DNA of 32,000 nt from Edaphobacter aggregans. GTDB taxonomy: Bacteria; Acidobacteriota; Terriglobia; Terriglobales; Acidobacteriaceae. Of the stretch, positions 7,582-18,800 are shown one piece after another (the first letter of the stretch is position 1; each line of letters begins with the position of its first letter). The stretch is taken from NCBI RefSeq assembly GCF_003945235.1, contig NZ_RSDW01000001.1:4830001-4862000 (forward strand). The letters are read 5' to 3'. The translations under genes were made by a program, and so were the position numbers. The notes beneath the pieces are model-generated. The model saw nothing but the letters and a program-made list of their open reading frames with translations. It ran no database searches and was not told the origin of the DNA.

Positions 7582-9711
7582 TTAGTTCACCTCCAATTTG
7601 GTACGGAGCCGAATGTCCTCGGACGACGAGCCGATCATCACGTCGAACATTCCCGGAGCCACCAAGAATTTTCTGGTGACGACATCGTAGTATGAAAGCT
7701 CTGAGACTGGCAGAGAGAGGGTAACGTGTTTACTTACACCAGGTTCGAGCACAATCCGCTGGAACCCGCGTAGGCTCTTGATCGGTTGAACCACGTTCGA
7801 CTTCTCTTGATGAACATACATCTGCGCCACCTCCGAACCCGCTCTCGAGCCTGTGTTCTGCAGGTCGAATGACACATCAATCTGGCCCGTCGCACTCGTT
7901 TTGCTTTGCGAGAGCTTCAGATTGCTATACGCGAACTTTGTATAGCTGAGCCCATGCCCGAAGGGATAAAGTGGGACGCCCTTGAAGTAGAGATAAGTAA
8001 ATCCCTTCGAGACGTCGTACTCATTCTGCGGAGGAACACCATCGAGACTGGCATATACAGTGTACGGAAGATGACCTCCAGGGTTATGTTCACCGAGCAA
8101 CACCTGCGCGATGGCCGTTCCTCCCGCCTCGCCCGGATACCACGCCTCGAGAATAGCCGGAAGATGGTCATTCGCCCACGTCACAGCTAGCGGGCCTGCA
8201 TTCATCAATACCAACACCGTCTTTGGATTGGCCGCATAAACAGCTTCCATCAACTGCTCCTGAGCGCCGGGCAGATTTAAATCTCGACGGTCCCTACCCT
8301 CTGCTTCGACTTTTAAATTCGTCCCGAGAAACAGAATGGCGACATCGGACTTTCGCGCCAACTCAGCAGCACGTGTGATTGCAGCAGGATCGGCAGCTTC
8401 AACAAATCCCGCCCCTTGTTCGTATTCCACTTTCACCCCCGAGCCCATCTTCTCCTTTAATCCTTGCAAAGGGCTAATCTTTCGTGCTGGTGTCCCGTAG
8501 TAGTTTCCTGTTTCGTATGCCGAATCGCCCGCGGGGCCTATGACCGCAACGCTCTTCAAACTCTTCCCATCGAGAGGTAGAAAATTATTTCGATTCGTAA
8601 GCAGCGTCATCGACTCCAGTGCAGTCTGCAACGAGAGTCCTAGATGTTCTTCGGAGCGGATCACGTTCGCCGAGATCTTTGAATAAGGATTCAGCTCAGG
8701 CGGGTCAAATGCGCCCAGACGAAAGCCGACCCGGAGCACCCGTGCTAGCGCGCGATCCACATCAGCAATTGGCAGACGGCCGCTGTCCACCGCTAGAGGA
8801 ATGTTTGTCTCGAACTGCATGTCATCTGAGTCGCAACCAGCTTGTATGGAACGTGCTGTTGCCTCAACCGGATCTTCGGTGATGTGGTGCGCAGCCACCA
8901 GCAGGTTGACCCCGCCCAGATCATCAGTTACAAAACCGTCAAAATTCCATTGCCCGCGCAGAATGTCCGTCAACAAATACTTGTTGATCGCATCCGGAAC
9001 TCCGTTGATAGCGTTGTAGGAAGCCATCACCGACTGTGCATGACCTTCCACAATCACAGCCCTCCAATGTGGGAGCCAGTACTCCATGAGATTGCGTTCA
9101 TCCACCTCGGCTGAGAGCCGTTGGCGGTTCGTCTCCACGTTGTTCACTGCGAAATGCTTCACCGTTGCAGCCACTTTGAGATAGTGCGGATCATCTCCCT
9201 GTAGACCCTGCACGTAGGCAACACCCATGCGTCCAGTCAGAAAAGGATCTTCGCTGAACACCTCTTGGATTCTTCCCCAACGTGGATCTCGGCTCACGTT
9301 GATCACCGGTGACCGGAATACCAAGCCGTGCTTTGAACGAGGACCATCCGCGCCGATGTTGTACAAAGCTCGCGCCTCATCTGACATTGCGCCAGTAATA
9401 GTGTGTATCAACGCCGGATCCCAGGTTGCACCCATCGCAATAGGCGCCGGGAAGAGAGTAGTCGGCTGTTTCGACCATACACCGTGGAGGGTCTGATTCC
9501 ATCCACCCCAAGCCGCTACCCTGAGCCGCGGAATACCAACATTGAGATGATTCAACTGCTGGGCCTTTTCTTGGAGCGTCATGTGTCCGATCAGATCAGC
9601 GACACGTTGATCAATCGGCTTCGACGGATCCAGATACCCCGGCCGCGCTGGGTCTTGGGCATATGCGCACAGACAAAGCAAGAGGCTGCAGATAGTGGCA
9701 ACAGGCTTCAT
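7582..9711 (-). CDS. Glycoside hydrolase family 3 (beta-glucosidase / beta-xylosidase type) with C-terminal Fn3-like domain, secreted
   Basis: 709-aa ORF with an AAGGAG RBS and signal peptide MKPVATICSLLLCLCAYAQD. GH3 blocks are FRSPVINVSRDPRWGRIQEVFSEDPFL, KHFAVNN and FDGFVTDD (nucleophile Asp region). C-terminal block: GHGLSYTKFAYSNL...EVAQMYV. Confidence 0.92.
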   Translation of the reverse strand: MKPVATICSLLLCLCAYAQDPARPGYLDPSKPIDQRVADLIGHMTLQEKAQQLNHLNVGIPRLRVAAWGGWNQTLHGVWSKQPTTLFPAPIAMGATWDPALIHTITGAMSDEARALYNIGADGPRSKHGLVFRSPVINVSRDPRWGRIQEVFSEDPFLTGRMGVAYVQGLQGDDPHYLKVAATVKHFAVNNVETNRQRLSAEVDERNLMEYWLPHWRAVIVEGHAQSVMASYNAINGVPDAINKYLLTDILRGQWNFDGFVTDDLGGVNLLVAAHHITEDPVEATARSIQAGCDSDDMQFETNIPLAVDSGRLPIADVDRALARVLRVGFRLGAFDPPELNPYSKISANVIRSEEHLGLSLQTALESMTLLTNRNNFLPLDGKSLKSVAVIGPAGDSAYETGNYYGTPARKISPLQGLKEKMGSGVKVEYEQGAGFVEAADPAAITRAAELARKSDVAILFLGTNLKVEAEGRDRRDLNLPGAQEQLMEAVYAANPKTVLVLMNAGPLAVTWANDHLPAILEAWYPGEAGGTAIAQVLLGEHNPGGHLPYTVYASLDGVPPQNEYDVSKGFTYLYFKGVPLYPFGHGLSYTKFAYSNLKLSQSKTSATGQIDVSFDLQNTGSRAGSEVAQMYVHQEKSNVVQPIKSLRGFQRIVLEPGVSKHVTLSLPVSELSYYDVVTRKFLVAPGMFDVMIGSSSEDIRLRTKLEVN

Positions 9712-9750
9712 TGATCAATCTCCTTGAGCGGTTGAAGTCTCCCGTTAGTT

Positions 9751-10635
9751 TTATTCAGTCGTATCCCCACTGTTGCGAAGCGGTTCGACTACCGAGGCCA
9801 TGTCCTCATCACCGAAGCCTTTCGCGATGGCAGCTTCAAAGAGGCTTCGTGCCACCTCCGCCGTCTTCAACTCCACATCGCAACGTGCGGCCTCCGCTTG
9901 GGCATATAACAAATCCTTTGCCATCAGCTTAAGAAGAAAATTTACGGTGTAGTTGTGGCTGACCATTCTCGCCGAAATAGCTCCAAGCAAGGGACTCCCC
10001 GGCGCACCCGCTTTCAATATAGAGAGCGCCTTTTCTTCATCGAGTCCGCTTCGCTCAATCCATGCGAGACCCTCTGCAAGCGACGCGACCTGAACTCCAC
10101 ACAAAAAATTATTGATCAACTTCATCTTTGCTCCACTTCCGACCGGGCCCAGATGAACGACCTCTTTACTCATCACCTTCAGCACAGGCATAGCTGCCTC
10201 CAGTACCGCATCCCTGCCACCCACTAAGAAAGAGAGTTGACCAGCTTCAGCCTGCATGCGACTTCCGGTCACCGGAGCATCCAGCAACTCTGCTCCACGT
10301 TGCGTGGCCAGCGTTGCAAACTCTGCAACCCATGCTGGGCTTACCGTGCTTGATTCGATCAGGATCACTCCCTCTTCCACCGCATCAAACGCACCATTCG
10401 TACCCGTCCACACTTCGCGCGATGCCGCATCATCCGCGAGCATACTGATAATGAACGACGCCCCTTTTGCAGCTTCGGCCGGGGTAGACGCGAACCGTGC
10501 ACCTCTGGCCATCAGCGCCTCTGCCTTCGCCTCGGTCCGGTTATATACTGTCAGTGGAAATTCAGCTTTGAGCAAATTCGCCGCCATGCCAGTACCCATC
10601 GTGCCCAACCCAAGTATCGCTATGCGTTTGCTCAC
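9751..10635 (-). CDS. NAD(P)-dependent beta-hydroxyacid dehydrogenase (3-hydroxyisobutyrate / tartronate-semialdehyde reductase family)
   Basis: 294-aa ORF with a GTG start preceded by GAAGGAGA. Rossmann motif IAILGLGTMGTGMAANL, then DAPVTGS and GSGAKMKLINN, as in HIBADH-type enzymes. Confidence 0.88.
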   Translation of the reverse strand: MSKRIAILGLGTMGTGMAANLLKAEFPLTVYNRTEAKAEALMARGARFASTPAEAAKGASFIISMLADDAASREVWTGTNGAFDAVEEGVILIESSTVSPAWVAEFATLATQRGAELLDAPVTGSRMQAEAGQLSFLVGGRDAVLEAAMPVLKVMSKEVVHLGPVGSGAKMKLINNFLCGVQVASLAEGLAWIERSGLDEEKALSILKAGAPGSPLLGAISARMVSHNYTVNFLLKLMAKDLLYAQAEAARCDVELKTAEVARSLFEAAIAKGFGDEDMASVVEPLRNSGDTTE

Positions 10636-10658
10636 AGAAATCTCCTTCTAGTCTGTTG

Positions 10659-11681
10659 TCAGACAAGCGGACGAACCGTTACGGGTCGATTTTGACTTTT
10701 TACCTCGACAATGACCGGATTGCGCAGTGCGCGCCCGAATCCTTCGTAGCGCACCTCCATCCAGTCCCCATCCTCTAACGCAATACCATCACCGAAACTC
10801 AGCGAATGAGCCCCGAAGAAGTGCACATGTACGTCGTCCGGTTGGCGGTGCCCTTCAAACTTGAAATGATGATGCTCCAGATTGGAGAGACTGTGACACA
10901 TGTTGTCCTCGCCGGTGGCTACGGCCTTCGACCAGATCGTCTTTTCCTTCCTCTCGATGCTGACCTCTCCGCCAACCGACTGAAATTCGGCCCCTACCAC
11001 AAGTTCGGGACCGAGGCTGCACGTGCGTAGTTTCGAACCAGCCAGGTTCAGATAATTGCGCTTTTCAAATCTGTGATCGGAGAACTCGTTGCCCGCGGTC
11101 ATCCCAATGCGATAGGGCGTGCCGTCGGCACTGATTACATAAACTCCCGCTAGCTCTCCCTCTTCACCGCCATCTTCCGCATAGCCGGGAATCGTCAAAG
11201 GCTCGAACGGCGACCGCAATATGGAGCCGTTGCCTTTGTAGAACCACTCGGGCGCCACTCCGATCTCACCCTCCGTTGGATGCCCTCCCTCTACGCCCCA
11301 CTGAAACATGCGCATACTGTCGGTCACATCTTCAGCTGTCTTCGCGGCAGTAGCAATATGCATGGCTTGTCTCTCCTTCGCACTTCCAAGGTGTGTCAAG
11401 CCAGTACCCGAGATCGTCAACCTTGATGGAATTCCGGGCACGTCGATCGGCGCCAACAGATGCCAGTCTGAAGCCCCTGTATAAATCGCGTCGTAGTCCA
11501 GCACCTCGCCGTGTGCCAGTTCAAGGGCCTGCGCGCTAAACTGGTCACTGCGACTCAAACAGCGTTGCACCAACTCGTAAACTGTCTCCACTTCATTGAG
11601 GCAGCGGAGGTGAGGCTCCTCGACTACTGCTACCCGGCGTGAAGAGCCGTTAGTAATCTGAACAAGATGGATCATGTTCAC
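10659..11681 (-). CDS. Fumarylacetoacetate hydrolase (FAH) superfamily protein, GguC/AraD1-like
   Basis: 340-aa ORF (GTG 11681, or ATG 11675). The PEWFYKGNGSILR block and overall length recall GguC/AraD1-type FAH-fold proteins found in sugar-acid clusters. The assignment is from memory of that family and needs an HMM check. Confidence 0.7.
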   Translation of the reverse strand: MNMIHLVQITNGSSRRVAVVEEPHLRCLNEVETVYELVQRCLSRSDQFSAQALELAHGEVLDYDAIYTGASDWHLLAPIDVPGIPSRLTISGTGLTHLGSAKERQAMHIATAAKTAEDVTDSMRMFQWGVEGGHPTEGEIGVAPEWFYKGNGSILRSPFEPLTIPGYAEDGGEEGELAGVYVISADGTPYRIGMTAGNEFSDHRFEKRNYLNLAGSKLRTCSLGPELVVGAEFQSVGGEVSIERKEKTIWSKAVATGEDNMCHSLSNLEHHHFKFEGHRQPDDVHVHFFGAHSLSFGDGIALEDGDWMEVRYEGFGRALRNPVIVEVKSQNRPVTVRPLV

Positions 11682-11685
11682 CCTT

Positions 11686-12858
11686 TTACTCGATTATCTT
11701 GAAGCGCTTCAGCGACTCTTCGTTCACAGTAAGCCCTAGCCCAGGCGTGCTCTCGTCCAGGTCGATATATCCATCTGCCGGAACTGGTTCGCCGTCGAAG
11801 ATATACCAGAACAGTTCATTGCCCACTTCAACGTCGACCTTGGGAAAGAACTCCGCCATCGGCGAATTGAGGCTTGCCATCACGACATGGTAGTTATGCA
11901 TCTGCCCAGCATGCGGCACCACAGGGATCTGATAGGCCTCTGCCAGCGCAGATATCTTACGAGCTTGGCTGATGCCGCCCACGCGATTTGTATCGAACTG
12001 GATATAGTCGAGCGCATTAGCCTCCAGCAAGTCGCGAAAGCCGAAGACGGTGAACTCATGTTCTCCGCCCGCAATAGGTATCCGCCCATATGCCTTCAAC
12101 TCCTTATATCCGCGCGTGTCGTCGGGAATCACGGGTTCTTCCAGCCACCGCAGATGAAAAGGTTCGAGCAGCGGAAGCATGCGCTTCGCGTAGTCAAGCG
12201 TCCAGCCCATGTAGGCATCGGCCATCACATCGACGCCATCTCCAACCACCTCGCGGACCGTGCGCACCAACTCGACATTACGCTGCATACCCTCTGCGCC
12301 GTCGACTGGTCCCCACCCGAAACGCAGCTTCATCGCCGTGTATCCTTCATCCTTGTAGCGCTGCGCTTCGACCCTCAATTCATCGAGCGGCATGCTGTAG
12401 AGGCGGCTTGCATATACAGGAATGCGCTTCTTCGTTCGGCCGCCCAATAGTCGGTAGACGGGCTGTCGAGCAGATTTACCTAGCAGGTCCCACAACGCGA
12501 TATCGACCGCGCTGATCGCAGTCATAGCAACACCCTTGCGTCCGAACGCCATTGTCCGGCGATACATCTGCTGCCACAGATACTCGATGTTCCACGGGTC
12601 TGCGCCAAGCAGCAACGGCTTCAGGTACGTGTCAATGCATGACTTGGTCACCAGCGGTGACAACGCCGCATTACCTAGGCCGACCAGGCCTGCATCCGTA
12701 AATATCTCTACCAGCACCCAGCCATGGAAGGTAAAGGTTCCCATGGACGCTTCGCGGAACATGACCAGATCCATCGGATTGGTGCAGAAATGAGACGGCA
12801 ATGGTGTCGTTTCGCCTTCCCACTGTACGACGCGCGTGCGCACTTCTGTGATCCTCAT
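11686..12858 (-). CDS. Enolase-superfamily acid-sugar dehydratase, L-rhamnonate dehydratase (RhmD)-like
   Basis: 390-aa ORF. AISAVDIALWDLLGK, KLRFGWGPVDGAEG, ADAYMGW, RWLEEPVIPDD..GYKELK, AGGEHEF, QFDTNRVGGI and VVPHAG parallel the E. coli RhmD/YfaW layout. The start ATG overlaps the MFS stop (ATGA). Confidence 0.85.
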   Translation of the reverse strand: MRITEVRTRVVQWEGETTPLPSHFCTNPMDLVMFREASMGTFTFHGWVLVEIFTDAGLVGLGNAALSPLVTKSCIDTYLKPLLLGADPWNIEYLWQQMYRRTMAFGRKGVAMTAISAVDIALWDLLGKSARQPVYRLLGGRTKKRIPVYASRLYSMPLDELRVEAQRYKDEGYTAMKLRFGWGPVDGAEGMQRNVELVRTVREVVGDGVDVMADAYMGWTLDYAKRMLPLLEPFHLRWLEEPVIPDDTRGYKELKAYGRIPIAGGEHEFTVFGFRDLLEANALDYIQFDTNRVGGISQARKISALAEAYQIPVVPHAGQMHNYHVVMASLNSPMAEFFPKVDVEVGNELFWYIFDGEPVPADGYIDLDESTPGLGLTVNEESLKRFKIIE

Positions 12859-14141
12859 AATTGACTCTCTATTTGTAGGAGATCTGAAGTCCTAAGCGGT
12901 TGAAGTCTGCCACCCAGAAGCAGAATGGCTAGAAACCCAATAAGGTGAAAGGTTCCAACGATAAAAAACAGCATTCCATATCCGAATCCGCGACTGAGCA
13001 GGAATCCGGCGACAACACCAAAGATCGCCCCCCCAATGGCGCCGCCAAACCCCACCAACCCCGAGACCGATCCCACCGCAGACAGGGGGAAAATGTCAGC
13101 AGGCAAAGTCATAATCAACCCCGACCATGATTGTTGACAGAAAAATGCGATGCTAAAGAACATCAGTGCCCAGCCCACCGGTACGTGCGGCACCAACATA
13201 ACCACTGGCATAAACAGAGCACTGAGACCCAGAACAAACTTGCGTGAGAAATCCAGCGATCTCCCCCGGCTCAGCAGGTTGCTGGACAACCACCCTCCCA
13301 GGAAACTTCCTACCCCAGAAGCCGCATATGGAATCCACGCATAGTAGCTCACATGCTTTACGTCAAAGCCGCGTACATCGTAGAGGTACTTCGGTAGCCA
13401 GAACAGGTAGAAGTACCACGCCGAATCGCTCATAAACTTTGCGAAGACCAGCACCTGCACCTTGCGCATGCTCACAATATCCAGAAAGGACAGTTGCTGC
13501 GCGACTAATCGTGCATCCAGTGTGTCGATAGAAGCGGTGTTGCTTCCACGGTAGCTCACCGACCACCAGATCACCCAAGCGATCCCGACTGCTCCCGCCG
13601 CGAAGAACACCATCCTCCATCCGCTTGTCAGCAGTACGATGCCGATTAGCGGCGGAGCCAGTACCGAACCAATCGCCGTCCCCGCATTGATGATTCCCAT
13701 CGCCGTCGACCTTTGATGCAATGGAATCCACTCTGCCACTACTCTCGCCGCAGCAGGGAAGGCCCCACCCTCACCCATTCCCAGCAAGCAACGAGCCAGC
13801 ATAAGAAATGCGAAGTTCATCGCCAATCCATGCAGCGCGCACGCTATCGACCACCACAGCATGATCAGCAGAAGCCCCCGGCGAGTCCCCAGAACATCCA
13901 GCATTCGACCTCCCGCCGCATACAGCAATGCGTACGGGATTAGAAAGGAAAACTGCAGCCAGGAGAATTGCTGATCGTTCAGCGGGATCGTTCGCTGGAT
14001 CGCAGAGATAGCGACAGGCAGGGTTTGCCGGTCAAAGTAGCTGATGGCAATCGCCGCCGTTACCATCGCGACAAAGTACCACTGCACTTCGATCAGCTTA
14101 GGCTGTATTGTCCGCTTGGCCTCACTCAACACGCTCTCCAC
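12855..14141 (-). CDS. MFS transporter, anion:cation symporter (ACS) type, putative aldonate/hexuronate-like sugar-acid permease
   Basis: 428-aa ORF with about 12 hydrophobic segments. FDRQTLPVAISAIQ and GGRMLDVLGTRRG (MFS motif A) resemble ExuT/DgoT/RhmT-type transporters. Confidence 0.85.
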   Translation of the reverse strand: MESVLSEAKRTIQPKLIEVQWYFVAMVTAAIAISYFDRQTLPVAISAIQRTIPLNDQQFSWLQFSFLIPYALLYAAGGRMLDVLGTRRGLLLIMLWWSIACALHGLAMNFAFLMLARCLLGMGEGGAFPAAARVVAEWIPLHQRSTAMGIINAGTAIGSVLAPPLIGIVLLTSGWRMVFFAAGAVGIAWVIWWSVSYRGSNTASIDTLDARLVAQQLSFLDIVSMRKVQVLVFAKFMSDSAWYFYLFWLPKYLYDVRGFDVKHVSYYAWIPYAASGVGSFLGGWLSSNLLSRGRSLDFSRKFVLGLSALFMPVVMLVPHVPVGWALMFFSIAFFCQQSWSGLIMTLPADIFPLSAVGSVSGLVGFGGAIGGAIFGVVAGFLLSRGFGYGMLFFIVGTFHLIGFLAILLLGGRLQPLRTSDLLQIESQL

Positions 14142-14145
14142 ATGG

Positions 14146-15828
14146 TCACCATTTCAAACGCATCAGCGATGTAGCCTGTCTCGGCAGTTCTGTAGCAATC
14201 GTTACTTTGCCGTCTTTCACATCCAACCACTCCGGCGAACGTAGAAGCTCCAGATGGCCCGCCTCTTTCAATCGCGCATATTGTTCAGCCGTGGGCGCCT
14301 GAGGGGATCCCATCGCCTTCCACACCGTGTACGAATTGCTGTGCGTGTTATCTATCCGATAGTGCTCCAGCAGTACCTTCTTCACTCCCGTAGGAATGCT
14401 CCCGATCGTCACTTGCAGTGGTGCACCCTCCGCCGGAACGTCGTCATCATGGTAGTTCCACAGCATCACGGCCGCCTCATGGTCTCCTTTCGTGGCAAAG
14501 GCATCGATGTCCGGTGTCTGCTTCACTCCTGTATTCAGGATGTCGTCAAGCGAAACCTGCCCTGTGCTGCTTGTATTCACTCGTTCTCCGGACATCAAAC
14601 CCGCCATCCGGAAAACATTCAGTACCGGCTTGTCGACTCCGTTCGTCGCCAACGTGCGGAAGCCTTCAAAGTACTCCTTATCCTCAAACTCGAACGACCA
14701 CGAAAGCATGGAGATGAGATTCACCTTATAGCGGTCCTGCAATTCAAAGAGAGCCTTGATAGCAGCTGCTGTGTAAGTCGGATACAGCGGACCGTTCCGG
14801 TATGCATTCGAGGGGTTCACCTTCATCGAACACGCCGCGCATCCTTCCGGGTCAGCCTCACTCAGAATAATCGGGAGATGGATGTACTTCGGGTACTTCG
14901 CCACAACGCGAAACCCGTTTCCTGCCGCCTTCAACTCATTTGCAAGCCCCATCCGCACATGCCCATCCACTACCGTCGGCCGCCCCTTGGGGTGGAACGA
15001 AATGAAATCCAGTGGGATCGCCTTTCCATTCGCCGCACTCTTGTCATTCAGGCAATGCTTCAGAAAATTATCGAGAAAGGCTTCGGCTTTATCTGATGCG
15101 GGTCCTGTACTCGCCGGACCACCTACGATCGCGTCAGGCAGTGCAGCCCGAACTCCAGCCACGGAATAATCGTAGAGCTTGTTGTACTCCTCGGGGGTGG
15201 CGTGCCAGTACGGAATGTCTGGCTCGTTCCATACCTCGAAATACCATGTGCGTACCTGTTCCTTGCCATAACGCTCCACGAGATGTTCCGTGTACTTCTG
15301 CACCAATTCGCTCCACATCGCATAATCTTTTGGAGGATTGTTCGACGCTCCGGAGATCGTGCTGTTCGGATAGTGGACCTGGTAGGCATCCACTCCCGGC
15401 ACCGTCGCAGCCAAGTCCTTGGGCATGAATCCCAATTCGACCATCGGCCGCACTCCCGCCTTCTGGAACTCGTCAAAAGTCTGATCGGTGATAGTGAAGT
15501 CGTACACAGGCTTCCCATTCGCATCCAGCGTGAATACGTTTGACGAGCTCCATTTCAATTCCGCAACCCCGTTCCCTGAGGTCAGCAGATGGTGCGCACG
15601 GATGTAGACCGGTACTGGGCTCAGATCATGCAGCTCAGTCAGCAGCTGTTTGCCGTACCTCATCGTCGTATAGTTGGACTCGTCATATCCAAACCAACTG
15701 TAGATCGGCTTGTAGGGCCCCTGCGGCTTTGCAAGGTCAACTTGAATTGATACAGGATTAGATATCGGAGCCTGTGCGGCCGCCTGCATCGCGGCTGCAC
15801 AGATCAAGGTCAGGGCGAACTTGCGCAT
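14146..15828 (-). CDS. Glycoside hydrolase family 39 (beta-xylosidase-like), secreted
   Basis: 560-aa ORF with signal peptide MRKFALTLICAAAMQAAAQA. WYFEVWNEPD matches the GH39 acid/base block. ISFHPKG and ILSEAD fit a (beta/alpha)8 clan GH-A enzyme. Confidence 0.82.
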   Translation of the reverse strand: MRKFALTLICAAAMQAAAQAPISNPVSIQVDLAKPQGPYKPIYSWFGYDESNYTTMRYGKQLLTELHDLSPVPVYIRAHHLLTSGNGVAELKWSSSNVFTLDANGKPVYDFTITDQTFDEFQKAGVRPMVELGFMPKDLAATVPGVDAYQVHYPNSTISGASNNPPKDYAMWSELVQKYTEHLVERYGKEQVRTWYFEVWNEPDIPYWHATPEEYNKLYDYSVAGVRAALPDAIVGGPASTGPASDKAEAFLDNFLKHCLNDKSAANGKAIPLDFISFHPKGRPTVVDGHVRMGLANELKAAGNGFRVVAKYPKYIHLPIILSEADPEGCAACSMKVNPSNAYRNGPLYPTYTAAAIKALFELQDRYKVNLISMLSWSFEFEDKEYFEGFRTLATNGVDKPVLNVFRMAGLMSGERVNTSSTGQVSLDDILNTGVKQTPDIDAFATKGDHEAAVMLWNYHDDDVPAEGAPLQVTIGSIPTGVKKVLLEHYRIDNTHSNSYTVWKAMGSPQAPTAEQYARLKEAGHLELLRSPEWLDVKDGKVTIATELPRQATSLMRLKW

Positions 15829-15848
15829 AGGTCGTCGGCCTTTATTAG

Positions 15849-18800
15849 TTAGAAGTTGTACTTCAGAGCAAATTGAATATCACGTGATGGGATCGAAGTT
15901 GAAGTGACCGTGCAGCACGTGGACGCATCAATCGTCGAGCTCGGTGCGTTGAAGCTGTTTGTATTTGGCAGATTGAAGAACTCAGCCCGGAAAGACAGAA
16001 CCGACTCGCCCGGTAATGAGAAGTTTTTGAACACCGACGCGTCGTACTGCCGGAACGCATCCGACTGTAAAACATTGGCTCGCACCTGCCCGTAGGTGAA
16101 CTGCGGCGCTACGACATAAGCCGTCTTGTCGAACCAGCTCGTCAGCGACTTGCGGAACGTAGGCGATCCGCCTGCGGGATTCAAATTCGGCCGCTGCGAC
16201 CCCACGCCGGTGTTAGCCCTGTCTGAAGAGACGACAGGCGTGTAGGGCGTCCCACTCCGCAGCACAATGATCGTCTGTACCTGCCACCCTCCCAGAACTG
16301 CATCCGCCGCCCGATTACCGTTGCTCATAAACTTTCTGCCGCGGCCTACCGGCAGCTCATAGCTACCACTTATCGCCAGATTTTGGGGTGTATTGAACGG
16401 CGAGTAGGTCCTCTCGAACCCAATATTTCCGCCTAGCGCAGGTGACTGGTTCGACTGCATAAACTTCGACCATGTATAAGCGATCAGTCCGGTAAACCCA
16501 TTTCCAGCGCGATGCTGGATCTTCGACTGCAACGACTGGTATGTCGTCCCGAGGTCTTGCGACTGAAACGTGATCGTCCCCCATGGCTGGTACGGACGGC
16601 GCGCCTGAACCGCTCCCGCAGCGGGACTTGGATCGTTGAAGTCATCCGTGCTCTGCAGATGGACTCCATGGTTTCCAACATACGCAATTTCGAAAAATGT
16701 CTTGGGCGTAAGTTGCTGCTGCACTCCAAGACTGTAATGCTGGTTTGACCCAACCTTCAGGTGAGTCAGGGTTGGCAATATCGCCGGATTCGTAGCCGCA
16801 GAACCGAGCGGGGAGCCAAGGAAGAAATTCGCGGTTGTACGTGTCGGAACTACACCCTGAGTCTGGTTGACAGTCTCCAACAGAAGGAACGGCAGAATAT
16901 TGCGGTTCACACGGCCGCTGGTTCCCTCAGGCTCGTAGAAAATACCGAAGCCACCGCGGAATACTGTTCCATTTCCAATTGGCTGCCACGAGAACCCAAT
17001 GCGTGGAGCAAACTGTGTGCGATCGGTATAGGTGATGGAGTAGGGAAGACCCGCCTGGCTGCTGGTTTGAATGTATTGTCCAAAAAACTGATAAGCAGCG
17101 GGAGCGGCATATTGGGATGTCAAATCAACCTGATCTGTGTTGCTCGCAACAATAATCGGCCTCGATTTAGTTGGATCGAAGGTGCCCAACTGTCCCTTGT
17201 ATCCGTTCAACCAGGGCGAGTACTCATACCGCAGTCCAAGATTCACTGTTAGTTTGTCGCTCACGCGAATATCATCCTGAGCGAAGTACTGATGATACCA
17301 GCGCTGACCGCCGAAGTTGGCGCCTGGATAGGCACGAGCCACCGAAGCAGGATATCCCAGCAGAAAGTCTGCAATGGCATCGCCTCCCGCAGGATTGGCC
17401 GCAGTCGCGGTGGGGTTCTGAGTCTCAATTCCAGTGAAGTTGAAGATACCGGCATAGTTCGAGCTGTCGTAACCGATCCACTGATAGTAGCGGACCAGGA
17501 CGCCAAACTTCAGAGAGTGACGGCCTTTCAGCATCGTGAAGGTGTCTGTTGGTTCGAATACAGTACGGTCCTGTGATTTCGGACGCTGATCGAATGCAGA
17601 TCCCTGCAACGCAGCATAGCCGCTAAAGGAATAATCGGGAAATGAGCTTCCGATACCCGGCCGCCCCAATCCGGCAAACCCCTGTATGCCATTCGCCGCG
17701 TTAAAGTCAGGCCCTTGCAAGAATGCGGAGAGCCGCACATGGCTGGGAAGATAATGCACGCGAAAATCTTGTACTTTATTCGCGCCGATGTTCGTAATGA
17801 GGCCGACGGCGATGTCCTGACCGTTGGACGTAAGCGATGCTGTTTTCAACAGTGGCGCAGCGTTGGGGTCCGTCTGACGATTGTTCACATAGATCCAGCG
17901 TCCAAAAAGCCGGTTGGATGAACCGATCTGATGCTCGATACGTATCGTGAACTGGTCGTAGTCGATCGCTTGAGATGGAACGGCCTTAAAGTTCGCTGCA
18001 CCGCTATTCGCGTGTGGAATGTAAGCCAGTACCGCGCTCGCTTGGGAAGTGATCCGGGAAGGGCAGATGACGTTTGGAACTCCATTGCAGTTGATTTGAT
18101 TGCGAGTCGTTGTCGTACCAACCGTGGTCGTCGTCAACGGATCATAGATTGGCTTCCCCAAACCGGTAAAGTCTCCCACCCTTTGCGCATCGGTAGGTAC
18201 AATGCTGTTTACGACTAGTCCCTGCCGTAGTCGTTGCCCCTCGTAAGCGACGAAGAAGAAGGTTTTGTCTCTACCGTCATACAAATGCGGAATCGAGAGT
18301 GGTCCTCCAATGTTGCCCCCGAACTGATTGCGTTTCAAAATTGCTCGTGTCGTCGAGAAAAAATTACGCGCGTCCAGCTTTTCGTTGCGGATAAATTCAA
18401 ACACCCCACCATGAAACCTGTTTGTTCCCGATTTCGTAGTCGCGTTGAAAAACGCGCCGCCTCGGTTGTACTCGGCAGAGTACGGACTCTGCTGCACGCT
18501 GAACTCCTGCAGCGCATCGATCGATGTCTGGATAAACGTCCCACCCTGATGCTGCTCGCTAACATCTACGCCATCGAGCAGGAACGAGATCGCACTCCCC
18601 CGAATACCGCTGATCGTGTTGCCATTCACGATCTCTGGCCGGATAGCAAGAGAGTTACCCGTAGGCGGCAACAGTGCAGCTCCTGGTGTAAGTTCTGCCA
18701 GCCGGTAGAAGCCGCGTCCATTCAGCGGCAGGCTGGTGAGTTGCTGATTCGTCACAACCGTCCCCATCGTTGCCGTATCGGTGCTCAGCAGCGGAGTCTC

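Noticed and set aside
8900-8960. The GH3 nucleophile region reads GFVTDDLGG instead of the common GFV-x-SDW. I considered this a possible inactive enzyme.
   Set aside because: The Asp aligned with the catalytic nucleophile is retained, and only the flanking residues differ. That is not enough to infer loss of activity.
14254-15096. 280-aa plus-strand ORF
   Set aside because: It is antisense to the GH39 gene and has a Arg/His/Leu-rich shadow composition.
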